Origin: Schizochytrium sp. TIO01
Taxonomy: Eukaryota > Protista > Bigyra: Labyrinthulomycetes
Reading direction: 5' to 3'
DNA length: 64,000 nucleotides
Assembly: GCA_004764695.1 (NCBI GenBank)
Contig: SMSO01000032.1
Coordinates: 1-64,000, forward strand
Shown here: piece by piece, positions 42,483-54,256 of the stretch
Layout: each line of letters opens with the position of its first letter
Position numbering within the stretch: position 1 is the first letter of the stretch
The notes under the pieces: model-generated
The model's input: only the letters and a program-made list of their open reading frames with translations
What the model was told of the DNA's origin: nothing
Databases searched by the model: none
Translations under genes and position numbers: made by a program

Positions 42483-42908
42483 ATGTCTTCTTAGTTCTCA
42501 TAAATGAATGGATGGATGCCTTCCATTATGTATGTGTACTTCACAGGCAAACCACCTTCATTTTGTATGTCTCGGATTATTGTTCATTCGAACAGTGTGT
42601 AATACATACTTGGCTCTTTTCTTCCTCTTTTTTTTTTTTTCTTTTTCTTTTTCATGTTTTTCTCAAGGTAAACGATATTTCTTCTTCTTCTTTTGACCAC
42701 TACCTACACTTGTAAACGCTTGAAGCATTTCTATTCTTGATCAGACCTATTATTTTCTGCAGTTGATTGACGATATAGAAAAGGATTTAGAGGACACAAA
42801 ACACAATATCGAGGAAATAAACAAAACTTGAATGCCGACTTTCATTGTCTAAGGAAACGGGGAATATGGATAACGTTTGAAAAGAAAAGAAATAGAGAGT
42901 ACCTAATT

Positions 42909-44690
42909 TTAAGCTATTGAAACAAAGTGGGGTTCTTTGACCGGGATAATGGTGTTTGTAACAGAATCATATACCTGCACAAGTTGTGCAAGATCAGCGG
43001 TGCCAGGTCGGAGAGCCATAAAACGCAAGGGAACCTCAACAGCGCGACCCAGAACTTTGCCCACATGTAAGGACGCATCCAAAGGAATTACTGAAACACT
43101 AGTCATGTCTTCTGCAGCAGGAAGGACGACCCGCAGGTCTACCTCGGCATGTGCTCTATTGCGAACAACCAACAAAAGCTGAAAGGAATCACCAGGACGA
43201 AGGTCTGTGCAGCCCTCATCACGTTCGAGTCGCAGGGACACAGGGTCAAATACTCCACTAGCAAAATCCCACTCCACTCGATGCTTTCCGCGAACCTCTG
43301 CAACAGAGACGTCAGAAGTCCACGTCACAGTTGCAATACTTGTGTAGCGGCTGCCAATGCCCTCCGTATCAGCCTCTTGAGGTTCGACATAAGCCTGAGG
43401 GCTAATGTCCTCAAAATGGGACAGCAAGAAACACACAGTTTGCCTCTCACCAGGGCGCAACTCCAAAGGGAGTACCCAACGTCCTAAACGAGTTACGCGC
43501 ATACTGATAGGCCGATTCGTAAATGTATGAAGGGTCAAGTCCTTCAGGACGACACACACATGAGCATGGGTATTCTCGCAAGAAACCTCGATGAAGCATT
43601 TGCTGTTCACTTGCTTATATCTCGACCGAATTGCTACACATCGCTCTTTGCGGACAGTATGCCTAACTTCTACAGTTTGGCGCTCAACAGGATGTGCCGA
43701 ACTTGATGACTCTAGGACACGCTGAGCTCGAGGAAGGAGACCCAAGAACTGGTCCGGGTCGGCATCACGAAGCGCAGCGAGAGATACACGCCCCGCCTCT
43801 CGATTCAGACGAGTTCGAAACGTCGTCGACACATGTCGACAATAAAGCGTGAGCTCGAGCTCAGACCATTGATACGCAGTGCTGGCACCTCCTCCAGAAC
43901 TTGTGGTGGGCATATCAATCTGAAAATAGTACACCGCGTATGCCTTTCGCAAGCGCTTCACAAGTGGGAGATTTTCTATTCCAGCAAGCTTTGCGGTGGC
44001 AGCTGCCTCTATCGTCGAGAATTTTCTCAGGGCCAACTTTGGCATATCTTTTTGCTCGGCTTCAGTTGTATCTGATGACTCCAAAGCCGGATCAATTGCC
44101 CCTTCCTCCTGAAGATCTTCTAAACCCGAATCTGATGGCTGAAAGGGACACAGAAGCACAGCACTTGGGTGGCAGGTCTCGTCACTCACGTTGAGCATGA
44201 TATCCAACGATCGACACATGCGTTTCATGTCTTCTGCGTCCTCCATTGTGCGAGCTGTCGTAGATTTCCCTTGATCCAGATCTTGTTGACTCTTTGGCTC
44301 TTTCTGCTCAATCAGAACATAAAATGTTGCCAATTCGCCGGGAAACGCAAAGTTTCGCTCCATCTCTGCGTTCACACAGTCGTATGTGCCATCATCCTCA
44401 CTTACATCTTGACTGCCGGCTTCTTTCTCTTCGTGCTCACCGTTGCCATTCTCGGCCTGCTTTGCCTTGACCTGGCCAACTCCATCTGCAGTGACCGCCT
44501 TCTTTTGCGGCCTTTGTTGCTCGTTAAGACTCGCGAGACCAAGCAAGGTGTTCACGGCCACCGCTTGCCTGCGGTCAGCCGCAAGGACCACGCTCACCTG
44601 CGTAAATTGTGCAAGCTCCATGCTACTATGCAGTCTGGGTTTGGACTTTGATTGACTGTCTGCCTTTTTCCTCCGCCTTTTTCTAAACAT
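42909..44690 (-). CDS. Probable TRAPP-complex subunit-like protein (Trs65/TRAPPC13/14-type Ig-like C-terminus)
   Basis: 593-aa ORF with the C-terminal pattern LPLELRPGE...F.L, GDSF.L.L.V.N, V...LRFMALRPG...L..VQVYD. Confidence 0.5.
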   Translation of the reverse strand: MFRKRRRKKADSQSKSKPRLHSSMELAQFTQVSVVLAADRRQAVAVNTLLGLASLNEQQRPQKKAVTADGVGQVKAKQAENGNGEHEEKEAGSQDVSEDDGTYDCVNAEMERNFAFPGELATFYVLIEQKEPKSQQDLDQGKSTTARTMEDAEDMKRMCRSLDIMLNVSDETCHPSAVLLCPFQPSDSGLEDLQEEGAIDPALESSDTTEAEQKDMPKLALRKFSTIEAAATAKLAGIENLPLVKRLRKAYAVYYFQIDMPTTSSGGGASTAYQWSELELTLYCRHVSTTFRTRLNREAGRVSLAALRDADPDQFLGLLPRAQRVLESSSSAHPVERQTVEVRHTVRKERCVAIRSRYKQVNSKCFIEVSCENTHAHVCVVLKDLTLHTFTNRPISMRVTRLGRWVLPLELRPGERQTVCFLLSHFEDISPQAYVEPQEADTEGIGSRYTSIATVTWTSDVSVAEVRGKHRVEWDFASGVFDPVSLRLERDEGCTDLRPGDSFQLLLVVRNRAHAEVDLRVVLPAAEDMTSVSVIPLDASLHVGKVLGRAVEVPLRFMALRPGTADLAQLVQVYDSVTNTIIPVKEPHFVSIA

Positions 44691-44911
44691 AGCAGTATCT
44701 ATCTACTCCCTACTTAACAATAACACGCACTCTCATGTATTATAGGCAAATCTTTAATCTTTTATCTTTTGAACTGACTCACTTCCGCAGGCTTCTCCTA
44801 TGAAGCCTTTCACTTGGGTAAAAATTCTAGTCAAAGCATATCAGTAGCGCCCATTGCTCAAAGAATAAATGCAGGTAGGAAAGAGCTTTAGACAATGAAA
44901 ATATCTTCTCT

Positions 44912-47900
44912 TTAATCTTTTATTTTTTCTCTAAAATCACCAGTTCGTCTTTGCATGTTGTCTAAACGATCCGCTGCATATTCTCGTTCCTCGCGCGAAT
45001 CGCCGACCAAACTGTCCCAGTTGACTTGTTGCTCCGTTATAACTTCCAACTCATCCTCCTCGCCGCCATCTCTAAGGTTAGAGTCTTGGCGTAAGCATCT
45101 TGTATGTAGCTCACGATTGACCAGCATTCCGCTCTCAGCAAAGGTTGAGTCTACACTATTGGTCACGGCTGCTCTTTTCGGCGCCTCGTGCTGCTTGTCC
45201 ACTTTCTCCGAGCCAGACCTTGTGCCGTGAGAGTTTACAGTCAAATTCGTTGGAGCCGGAGAAATTTCACCACACAGATGCATTGGATTTAAATCGTACA
45301 TGACAAAATTATCCTTCTCATTCACATCTTCTCCGTCCGTATATTTCACGAGCTTCCCTTGGATGGTAACCCCTTTGCTAGCTTTTACGTATTTCGCACG
45401 CTCAGAAATATATCGCTGGTTGATGCTCTTTGTAAAGCTTTCTCGACTATACCGAAGCAACTCAACCATGCCACGGAATTCATTGTCCTTGAAAAGTCGT
45501 TTCTCATGAGAGTCATCAAGGATCGACGCAGCAGCTTGTCGCTTATCCACCTGTCGAAGATATTTAGCCTCCTCTACTGTACCTTGAGAAATTAATCGGT
45601 AGACTCGTACAAACTGTTGTTGTCCAAGCCGGTGAGCGCGATCTTGGGCTTGGAGATCAGGCGTCGGGCTCCAGTCGGGATCAAAAATTACAACTTTTGA
45701 TGCTCCCGTAAGATTTAAGCCTTCGCCTCCCGCGCGAGTAGACATGAGAAAAATAAATTGAAGCGGGTCTGCATTGAACTGTCGGCACATCTTCTGTCGC
45801 AAACTTTGCACAGTACTGCCGTCTAGACGCAAATATGGGTACGCCAGTGACTGAATGTAACTTTCCAAAACATCCAAGAGAACCAAGGAATTGCTGAAAA
45901 TAAGTACCTTAATGCCCCCCTTTGCCCGCCAGCGCTGCAAAAGTTGCCGAAGGACCAGCATTTTCCCACACTGAGTCTCATCGATCAAATGTTCCCAACG
46001 CCTTGACTGATAATAGTCATCAACAGGTGTGTGCGATTCGACGTCCGAATTCCTGATTGCAGGAGAGAGTGTTTCTAAAATGCCTTCAGGGCGCTTCGCA
46101 AACGGGCCCAATATATACCTAGCCTTGCGAAGTTGTTTGTGGCGAACAACTGGATTTTCTTCTCCTGGGTCCGCGCGGACTAGATCTAAATGATTTGCAA
46201 TTTGAGCCAGCAATACAACTGCGGGCATTTGTATACATTTGGGGCACATTCTGCATGGCGCAAATTTGTGCATCACCTTCCCGGATGTGCTATCTCGTTC
46301 GTCACTGGACTCCTCATCACTGCTATCATGTTTCGGCAACGATATCATTTTTTGGGCTTTTATTAAATCATTTGAAGCACTCTCTTTTGCGGCTTTGCCA
46401 GGCTCCTCTCTATCGTCATCATCCTCGTCACCGATGAGCTCTTGAACGACATCGTTTTCAATCGTATCTACCTCATTAATGCTAAATTGTAAAGTTCCAA
46501 CGGTGCTGTTTTTAGTTTCTTGATTTTTAAAATGAATTCGATGTTGCATGCGCCATAGAGGGGCATCGAAGTCAATGCTTTGATCCACTGGACCACTTTC
46601 TTTGACATTGTTTGCAGGTATGGAAAGTTCCTTATCAGAAGCAGGGATATCTCGATCAACCACACTTGACTTTCTTACTGCTGCAAGAAGCTTGATAAAG
46701 TCAGGAGAATTCAGCACACGAAGGTAGACTTGCTCTTGAAGAGGTGTCAAAGGGCACAGCACCATTGTGTCTTTTTTACCACTAAGACGATCAGCAATGA
46801 CTTCCTTGCCTCGACGAAGAATAAGCCTTTCAAGTATGAAACTCAACTTCTTCCTGACAGCTTGCTCTCGACGCATATCCTCACCCGTGGCAGACTGAAG
46901 GCGGCCCCTGTTAAGTGGTCGGGCAACATACTTATCAAACGTACGTTGAGGACCAAGTTCGCAAGGGGCAAGGACATGCATTATGCCCCACAACTCATTC
47001 ACACGATTACTTACAGGTGTTCCTGTAGCACCTAACTTGCATGCAGACTTAAGCAGGCGTGCTTTTAATGAGTTCCCGGTTACTGGATTTTTAAGTCGAT
47101 GGCATTCGTCAAAGACGACGACTCGCCAGGTGATCGAGGCAAAATGCTCATTCTCAGTGACTAAGTCTCGCATTCGCTCATAGCCTACAAGAACTAAATC
47201 CACTTTGCCATCTTTTGCACGAAGAATCTTCTTCTCCACCAAATCCCTAGAGCATCCGCTTAAGTTTTCTACTGTAAAGTGGCCCCACCGTTCTAATTCA
47301 TTAGCCCAGTTGTCGACCACTGAGACAGGTACAACAAGTAAACCCGGCCCGCCTTCCCGTAGAAAGCGAGATGCCTCTTCTTGCACGTAAAGTCGACGAC
47401 GACACATAGCTTCATCCTGTGCAGTGCCAGTCTTGTGGAAAATCGCCAACAGGAAACAAACTACCTGAATCGTTTTGCCAAGACCCATGACATCCGCCAA
47501 GATACCTCCTCGTGTGACCATACCGGGTGACACCATCCCTGAATACACATCAAAGAGAAATTGTACACCATCTCGCTGATACGGCATCAAGTAGCGGTTA
47601 GCTGTAGCAGGGATAAAAGCACGCCGTTTGAGAGGATGCAGTTGTCTTGCAAACATATCATATGCATCAGTTGCGCCAAGCTCGGCAAATTGGCCGCGGC
47701 ATGTTTGAAAACTACTCTCCAAAGTGGGCTCATCTTTGATTCGCTGCAAGCAGAGATCCACCAAACTCGGAACTTTGAGTGATCTAGAGTGCCGAATTTG
47801 CATGTAGTTGGCCCAATGAGTATTATTCAAGGAACTTAATGTTGTTACCATTTTGTACACTTCTTCCTCCTGAGCAATTTTAGAACGTGTCCTGCGTTTT

Positions 47901-49234
47901 CCTTGACGTGCATCACTATCTTGTTCGAGTCGAGAAATGGAGTCTTGAATTGACGAAGCAAGCTCAAGACTTTGCTGAGGGAGGTCCGGGGTAAATAATC
48001 CTAGAACATAAGGCACCTTCAAATCCTCGTGCAAAGGTTTTGCAAGTTGAGGTCGTTCTTCTGTAGTTCCAAATTCTACGGAATCAATCAAAAATAAAGG
48101 GGGCGAGTCTTGAGAACGGGCTTTGCCCCTGTGTCTATATTTTTCTCGAAGCTGGCGCCGGCGCTCTTGTTCCTCGCGTTTTTCTTTGAGTTTTGTTTCT
48201 ATATCACTGTGAATGTTAGTCTTCAGTGCTGGAGAGCTATCAGGCTTTCGACCTCGTTTATGCCCAGTGAGAACATCAGTGCCTCTCGTTTTAGGTTGAA
48301 GACGTGCATCAGCATGCGGGGATGCATCTTCTCGGGCCCGTCTACGCTTTGCACTAGGAGGCCTCCACTTGTCTAGCTCTCTATCTAGCTCCTCATCTGC
48401 GAGCACAAATCGTTCTTTGCGTGACCGGGATTTACGAGGTGTCAAGTCGTTTGAGATGGGGGAACCTTTATAATCACACCTAGAACGATCGTCCCTGCTA
48501 GTTTGGGAGTTCTTGCGATCACTGTCTGTTCCGTGCCTATTGTAGTCATCGTCATCCGTCTCACTCCCCCCTCCAATCGTATACTCTAAAAATTGTTTGG
48601 TGCGCAAAGCACGTGTAGGCTGAGAAGTGCTGCTGCTTGCTTGCGGCGAGCTAGTGTTGCCATTCGATGACTTCCGCCTCGAAGCATTCATGGAGGGAAT
48701 ATAGCCTGAAAGAATTGATGTTGGGTTTCGGGTAGACGAGCCTGGCGAAGAGGACAGCCCTGGTTCCAATGAGCAGGCTTCGCCTCTAGAGTCGTCTAAG
48801 GTATTACTCTCCATTTTTTTACCATTTTGGAGTGCTCGAGACCTTGCTATGCCCAAACTTCGGCGAAGATCTAGCAATTCCTCATCTGAAGATGAATCCA
48901 GGAGCACTTCTCGAGGATGGCGACGACGAGGAGTATGACTTTCTTGACTTGCAGTTTCTGCATTTGCAACAGGGCTTTGTTGAGGCCTACGTTGAGTTGC
49001 CGCGGCTATCTCTTGGCCTATACTGACAGGGATATCCCTGGTTGGTCGTGCGGGCAGTACAATCCCAAGCTCATGGTTAGGATTAGCAATTACTTTGAGT
49101 TGTGGTCTTTCCCCGTTCTGGGAGGTTCGCCCTGAAGTCGATGATGGCGATGCACGAGGCTTAATTACACACGATCCCCGTGCGCGCGCAAGCACGGCCT
49201 CAAACTCATCATCGTCAGAGTCGTCAAAGAGCAT
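44912..49234 (-). CDS. SNF2-family ATPase, ERCC6L2/Rad26-like DNA repair protein
   Basis: 1440-aa ORF with YQRDGV.FL, GGILADVMGLGKT, DECH, GATGTP, KVLIFS, RLDGST, STRAGGEGLNL, FDPDWSP..DLQAQDRAHRLGQ. Confidence 0.88.
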   Translation of the reverse strand: MLFDDSDDDEFEAVLARARGSCVIKPRASPSSTSGRTSQNGERPQLKVIANPNHELGIVLPARPTRDIPVSIGQEIAAATQRRPQQSPVANAETASQESHTPRRRHPREVLLDSSSDEELLDLRRSLGIARSRALQNGKKMESNTLDDSRGEACSLEPGLSSSPGSSTRNPTSILSGYIPSMNASRRKSSNGNTSSPQASSSTSQPTRALRTKQFLEYTIGGGSETDDDDYNRHGTDSDRKNSQTSRDDRSRCDYKGSPISNDLTPRKSRSRKERFVLADEELDRELDKWRPPSAKRRRAREDASPHADARLQPKTRGTDVLTGHKRGRKPDSSPALKTNIHSDIETKLKEKREEQERRRQLREKYRHRGKARSQDSPPLFLIDSVEFGTTEERPQLAKPLHEDLKVPYVLGLFTPDLPQQSLELASSIQDSISRLEQDSDARQGKRRTRSKIAQEEEVYKMVTTLSSLNNTHWANYMQIRHSRSLKVPSLVDLCLQRIKDEPTLESSFQTCRGQFAELGATDAYDMFARQLHPLKRRAFIPATANRYLMPYQRDGVQFLFDVYSGMVSPGMVTRGGILADVMGLGKTIQVVCFLLAIFHKTGTAQDEAMCRRRLYVQEEASRFLREGGPGLLVVPVSVVDNWANELERWGHFTVENLSGCSRDLVEKKILRAKDGKVDLVLVGYERMRDLVTENEHFASITWRVVVFDECHRLKNPVTGNSLKARLLKSACKLGATGTPVSNRVNELWGIMHVLAPCELGPQRTFDKYVARPLNRGRLQSATGEDMRREQAVRKKLSFILERLILRRGKEVIADRLSGKKDTMVLCPLTPLQEQVYLRVLNSPDFIKLLAAVRKSSVVDRDIPASDKELSIPANNVKESGPVDQSIDFDAPLWRMQHRIHFKNQETKNSTVGTLQFSINEVDTIENDVVQELIGDEDDDDREEPGKAAKESASNDLIKAQKMISLPKHDSSDEESSDERDSTSGKVMHKFAPCRMCPKCIQMPAVVLLAQIANHLDLVRADPGEENPVVRHKQLRKARYILGPFAKRPEGILETLSPAIRNSDVESHTPVDDYYQSRRWEHLIDETQCGKMLVLRQLLQRWRAKGGIKVLIFSNSLVLLDVLESYIQSLAYPYLRLDGSTVQSLRQKMCRQFNADPLQFIFLMSTRAGGEGLNLTGASKVVIFDPDWSPTPDLQAQDRAHRLGQQQFVRVYRLISQGTVEEAKYLRQVDKRQAAASILDDSHEKRLFKDNEFRGMVELLRYSRESFTKSINQRYISERAKYVKASKGVTIQGKLVKYTDGEDVNEKDNFVMYDLNPMHLCGEISPAPTNLTVNSHGTRSGSEKVDKQHEAPKRAAVTNSVDSTFAESGMLVNRELHTRCLRQDSNLRDGGEEDELEVITEQQVNWDSLVGDSREEREYAADRLDNMQRRTGDFREKIKD

Positions 49235-51910
49235 CGTCTTTGCGTTCTGGTCCCCGAGGCCATTTCCTGCTAACTACGAGACCTTTTAAACAATAGGAAT
49301 ACCTGCTACTAATACCTCCTTAATATAAGCCTAGTTTAGGAAGTCCTAGTAAGAGGTTCTCATTTATAAACAAAAAACACAAAAATGATCGAGGTACTTA
49401 CAAAGTAGAGTTAAAAGGAGACAACTTTTGCCAAGGCAGAAACTCCATATCCTCTGAGGCTAGTGAGAGTTTGCAATAACTAAAGTTCGACGGACAAGGT
49501 CACTAAGCCTCAATAATTTGAAACAAAGAGAAACTCTTGAATTATATGGCTTAATTCGAAGGCAACAATGTAAAAATTTGGTAGCCTTGTTCACATCACC
49601 TAAACGATAACTCCGACGCCAGAGAGTCAACAGTACCACGTCGTGAATGCAACTCAAAGATGTGGAAATTCGAAATTACAAACATGGAGTTTGAAAAGCA
49701 AGGTCGTTCCAAAATGTAGAAATTTTATATTGTTTCTATTTCCTTTTTCACATTGCTAATTACTTATTAAGCCTTTCTATTTAAATTTGTCTTACCAAGA
49801 CAGAATGCCCTGGCAGAACTTCCATAGGAATCTTTATATCGATATTTAGAAACTATAATCCATACTCATATACGTCAAATCTTGCTATTGTTCGCTGTTA
49901 AGTATCAGTATCATAGACCGCTTGCCCAGAGCTAGGAAAGTTTCATGGCGAAGGTTGTGGCATTTGGTTTTGCCGGGGAAAGTACATACCGTAAGCACAT
50001 CAAGCACTCTGAGTGATCCCAATAGTGAATCCGCATATTTGGTGATTTATTAGAGATTTGGCCACTACATAAGCGCTTTCTATTGACATTGTTTCTGATA
50101 CAGTCCCGGGATCCGCGTTTGAAGAGCAAACAAGCTTATCACTTTCCAAATTGTGCCATTGAAAAAAGTTTATGTTACTGCATGAAACAATCCTGGCAGC
50201 TTGCTGTTGGAAAACAGAGATGCTTACGTACATATTTTTCTTCCAAAAGGGCCTTTGGGAAACAGAACAGTGTTGGAACATAACGCCGTACTGGGCACAC
50301 TGTCACAAATAGCTTTCCAAATAACCTAGTTCGTCCACAGGTGCCTCCAACGCAGGTTAGACATGGTCTTTATGCCTGTTAACCTTGGTTTTACACAATA
50401 TGCATGAATCGTTTAATGCTATGCTGAGCTGAAGTTACTTTTTTATAATCTCGTAACGGTAATATGGAGAATGTTCCTTCTGATTTAGTTATCGTGCTGC
50501 TATGTGAATGCACATGAACTGCTGAAGTAGTCATTCACAATAACTTGAGAGCGAAAATCACCAGCAGTGGGCCTCTTGGCTTTTCTTATCTTTGGTAGCA
50601 GGTGTCATAGCCGCGAGTGGTAATGGAACGTCCATAAAGGAATCTTTCGATCTTGAATCAAATATTTGCAATACAATCGTGAGGAAGAGTCGCATGTTGT
50701 TCATTTCTCAATTGAGTCCAAAGAAATTTACTGATAAGGCCTAGTTAGGGCTGAGTTAGAGTTTTTGTTTTCTTGTTGAGTGTTTTATCGCAACAGAAAG
50801 GTGTGCGTAAAATATTTTTTTATTTCTTTTCTGCGAAGAGCACTTTGCCGAGCCTTGAGACCAGAGAACTGTTTGAATAGATCAGGGGTAAGTCCCTAGC
50901 TAGATGCTTGAAGAAAATAGTTTTACCTTAGAAATCACTCTGTGCTTTCAAGACTTTCCTAAGGTCAAGCTTAAGGACAACAACCTCCGAAAACATGTGA
51001 CAGGACATATTTGGAACTAGAGCTTTACTTTGCTTCAGCTTATAATCAGCTACGTAGTGTCGAATAATATTACCTAGTGCTGATTGTATCGAGTTAGTGT
51101 CCCTGGTCCTGCGCAGGAATGTTGCTTTCTTCCACATTGCAAGTTGGATTATTATTTGTCAGTTTCACAAATCATTCACTAATAATTTCTTCTTTTTTCT
51201 TTCATACTAACTAGACTATGAGTCCTAGCTCATCCATTAAATCCTATGCATTGGTGTTGAAAGTAAGCGAAGCGATATAATTTTGACCAACTCGAAATTT
51301 GTAAGATTGAACGCCACGCAACAGGGTGTGTACTCACAATTTGACCTTATAGTCCATTTACTTACTGAAAACTTTAATGAGATTCGTTGGATAGAGTCGT
51401 TATTGCTGTAGGTGCTGTAGGTGCTATAGCTTAGTTTTCTAATACTACAAATACTACGACCATGTTAATATGTTTCTGCTTCTTCTTTGTTGTTTTCTTT
51501 TTAGAATCTGTCTTTTTGTCCAATACTTACTTCTTCGAGAATCCATTACGTGTCACCATGAGGAACCTCACTGATCATAGAAGGCAGGCGTGGCGCGCGG
51601 GGAAAATGTTCTTATGGCGCTCACTGTGAGTACATGTATCACACATTGTGCAGCGACTCCATACACTGATTTCGCTCGTTTGATGATGAGCATGGGCATG
51701 TGAAGACATTAAGTACTACGCAAGTTGCTGAATTTTGTTTTTTTCCTTGTACCTATGTACCTACCGATGGTCATCATCGTTGCAGAAAAAAAGTGATCTA
51801 TACATGTCTGCGACTATGAGAGAATAATAGTGTGGAAGACTAGAAGTAGTGCTGTGAGAGACAGTGGATGCCTGTGTGTTCGAGGAGGGGCAGAAGGTAA
51901 GAAAATCAAT

Positions 51911-52045
51911 GGGAGAGATAGAGGGAGACAGAGAGGGACAGAGAGAGACAGAGAGAGAGACAGGGGAGAGAGACAGAGAGAGAGAGACAGAGAGAGACAG
52001 AGGAGAGAGAGGGAGCGAGTGATAATAGCAGAGAGAGTGAGAGGG
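51911..52045. repeat. Imperfect (GA)n/(GACA)n polypurine microsatellite
   Basis: gagagacagagagagaga... read directly, upstream of PP2C. Confidence 0.9.
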
Positions 52046-52639
52046 GGGGGAATATGTATATATTTAATTTAAAAGTATAAAAACGGCATTAGAGATTGCT
52101 CCGTTTAACTTGCTGGACAGATGAGGTCATTAAAAAGGCAAGGGAGCAAAGCAAAGCACAGTGAGTGAAAACGAGCGAAAACCTGTCCAAGTTCCATTTG
52201 CTCTAAGCTTGCCCGCGTACGTGCGCAGGTGCTTGTTGGCGGTGTATGGGTGTTGCAGGCTTACGCAGCTGCATACTTCATCAAAGTGCCTGCACCTTTC
52301 CTTTCATAGAAGCGCAGACTTGACAGGTGCCAAATATATAGGGCAATACAGCAAAACCTTACGAAGACGCTCCTTGTGCAGGGGCTGGGGAGAGGTGGCT
52401 GACCTTGTATTTATTTCTGAAGCGACACGGAAAGCACTGACTTCCCAGCTGCCCTGGAAACATAAATCGTCGTCAAGGTTGCTTCACTCTGGGCCCCAAA
52501 TTAAGCAATCATCGAAGAACCCGAACGTGTTTCTTGTTCTCCGTAAAACCACAGGGGCGATAACTTGACCTCTAAACGTGGCGTGATCATTTGTTTATTG
52601 TCAAAGTAAATCGTCAGCTGTGAACATAACTATCATAAG

Positions 52640-53971
52640 ATGGACCCTGCAGATTATACGCACGCGTGGAATAAAGACATTTGCGGCCACAATGTTGAAA
52701 AGGGTATGAGAAAAGAGAATCAAGACACAGTCCACATTGCGCTCTATCCTGATGACGATGATGAAAGTGGATGTGCTCTTATTTGCGCAGTGCTTGACGG
52801 ACATGGAACAAGTGGGCGCATCTGTGCTTTAAAGACTAGAGAGTTCTTTGCTCAAGAACTTGCAGCAGTTGACAATTCAATAGTTACATCATGTTTAGAA
52901 GGCGACCTGGAAACATTGAGCAGCACATCAAAGGATTTATTCGAGCGAGCGCAAACTTTTTTAATGGATATTGCCGATGAGAAAACTAAACGCATATTTG
53001 CTCGCTTTAGTGGAACAACTGTGACCATTGCAATTGTTGCGGGACCTTATCTTTGCCTGCTGAATGTCGGTGATTCAGAAGCGACGCTGGGGCAGATCAA
53101 ATCTAGCGACGACTCTGCGCCAAAGGATGGCGAATTAGTAAAGTCTGGGGAGGAATCTACTCAAGCCATCAAGTCGTTCATGCTATCAACGAAACATCAG
53201 CTACATTTGCCTGAAGAGAGAGAGCGCATTATCGAAGCAGGGGGGCGCATTGCTGCGAAACGAGGCAATGATGAAGGGCCCTTGCGTGTATGGCTACCTG
53301 ATGTAGAAACACCAGGTTTAATGGTTTCAAGGAGTATAGGAGATGGCGTGTGCCATGATCTCGGAGTTTCTGCAGAGCCATCGGTATTTCTTAAACTGCT
53401 TGAACCCTGCGATAAATTTGTCATTCTCGCTAGTGACGGACTGTGGGAGTTCGTTGAATGCCAGGATGCGGTTGAGGTAGTCGAAGACTATATCGACCCA
53501 GACGATGCTTCGCATGCGCTCGTTACTATCGCCCTTACTCGACAGAACAAAAATAACACAGATAATGTTAGCGTGATTGTGCTTCTGCTCGAGACACTAG
53601 ATGAGCGCCGTGATAGACTTTCATCTCAGCCAGACTTTGAAGAGCGTCATAAGAAACGTCTTGCTGCAATGCAAAAGTTAGAGGAACAGATTCGAGCCCA
53701 AAAGCAAGAGGCTATTGATGCGATTAAAAATAACTTGAATGGTGGTTTTGCCGGAAATCCTGCTAATGGCTCAATTCTTTTCGGAGACCCGAGTGAAAAT
53801 GCATTTGGCGGCGGCGGCGGTGGAGGCGGCAGCAATGGTGGCAGCGCAATCCCTACGCTTGATGCTGGTGGTCTCACGTCAGTATCTGTCCCAAGCAAGC
53901 AAACAAATTCTTTTAATGCAGCAGATTCAGGAAGAAGTCAGAAGAAATCATCAATGTGCATAATCTCATAA
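52640..53971 (+). CDS. PP2C/PPM protein phosphatase with C-terminal CaaX box
   Basis: ENQD, VLDGHG, SGTT, NVGDS, GLMVSRSIGD, LASDGLWE and DNVS motifs; ends QKKSSMCIIS*. Confidence 0.92.
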   Translation: MDPADYTHAWNKDICGHNVEKGMRKENQDTVHIALYPDDDDESGCALICAVLDGHGTSGRICALKTREFFAQELAAVDNSIVTSCLEGDLETLSSTSKDLFERAQTFLMDIADEKTKRIFARFSGTTVTIAIVAGPYLCLLNVGDSEATLGQIKSSDDSAPKDGELVKSGEESTQAIKSFMLSTKHQLHLPEERERIIEAGGRIAAKRGNDEGPLRVWLPDVETPGLMVSRSIGDGVCHDLGVSAEPSVFLKLLEPCDKFVILASDGLWEFVECQDAVEVVEDYIDPDDASHALVTIALTRQNKNNTDNVSVIVLLLETLDERRDRLSSQPDFEERHKKRLAAMQKLEEQIRAQKQEAIDAIKNNLNGGFAGNPANGSILFGDPSENAFGGGGGGGGSNGGSAIPTLDAGGLTSVSVPSKQTNSFNAADSGRSQKKSSMCIIS

Positions 53972-54256
53972 TGTAGCAGTAATTCCAAATTGTTTTTTTC
54001 AACTTTAAACCAAACAAAAACAGTGGATAGAATATCTCATAATGCTGTACAACTTTTGTTTAGACATAACCCTTCTACCCTGAAACTCCCAAGTATCCAC
54101 GCAATAACATGATAAACAAACTTGGTTGTCTGTACTGTGCAGTGAAGTTTTCCATATTTCATGCATCCATTAGCACTCTCTTTCATTCCACACTATCAAC
54201 AGGTACAAGATTAACAACCTTGATCTGAAACCTATATATACATATAGTTTGTGTGA

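Noticed and set aside
40677-49234. DNA-damage gene cluster (CHK2-like plus ERCC6L2-like)
   Set aside because: Two genes separated by an unrelated one is compatible with chance without synteny evidence.
49460-51160. Short ORFs suggesting a decayed gene (similar patches at 8700-9050, 14950-15700 and 61800-62850)
   Set aside because: No recognisable domain in any frame; cannot be assigned without a database search.
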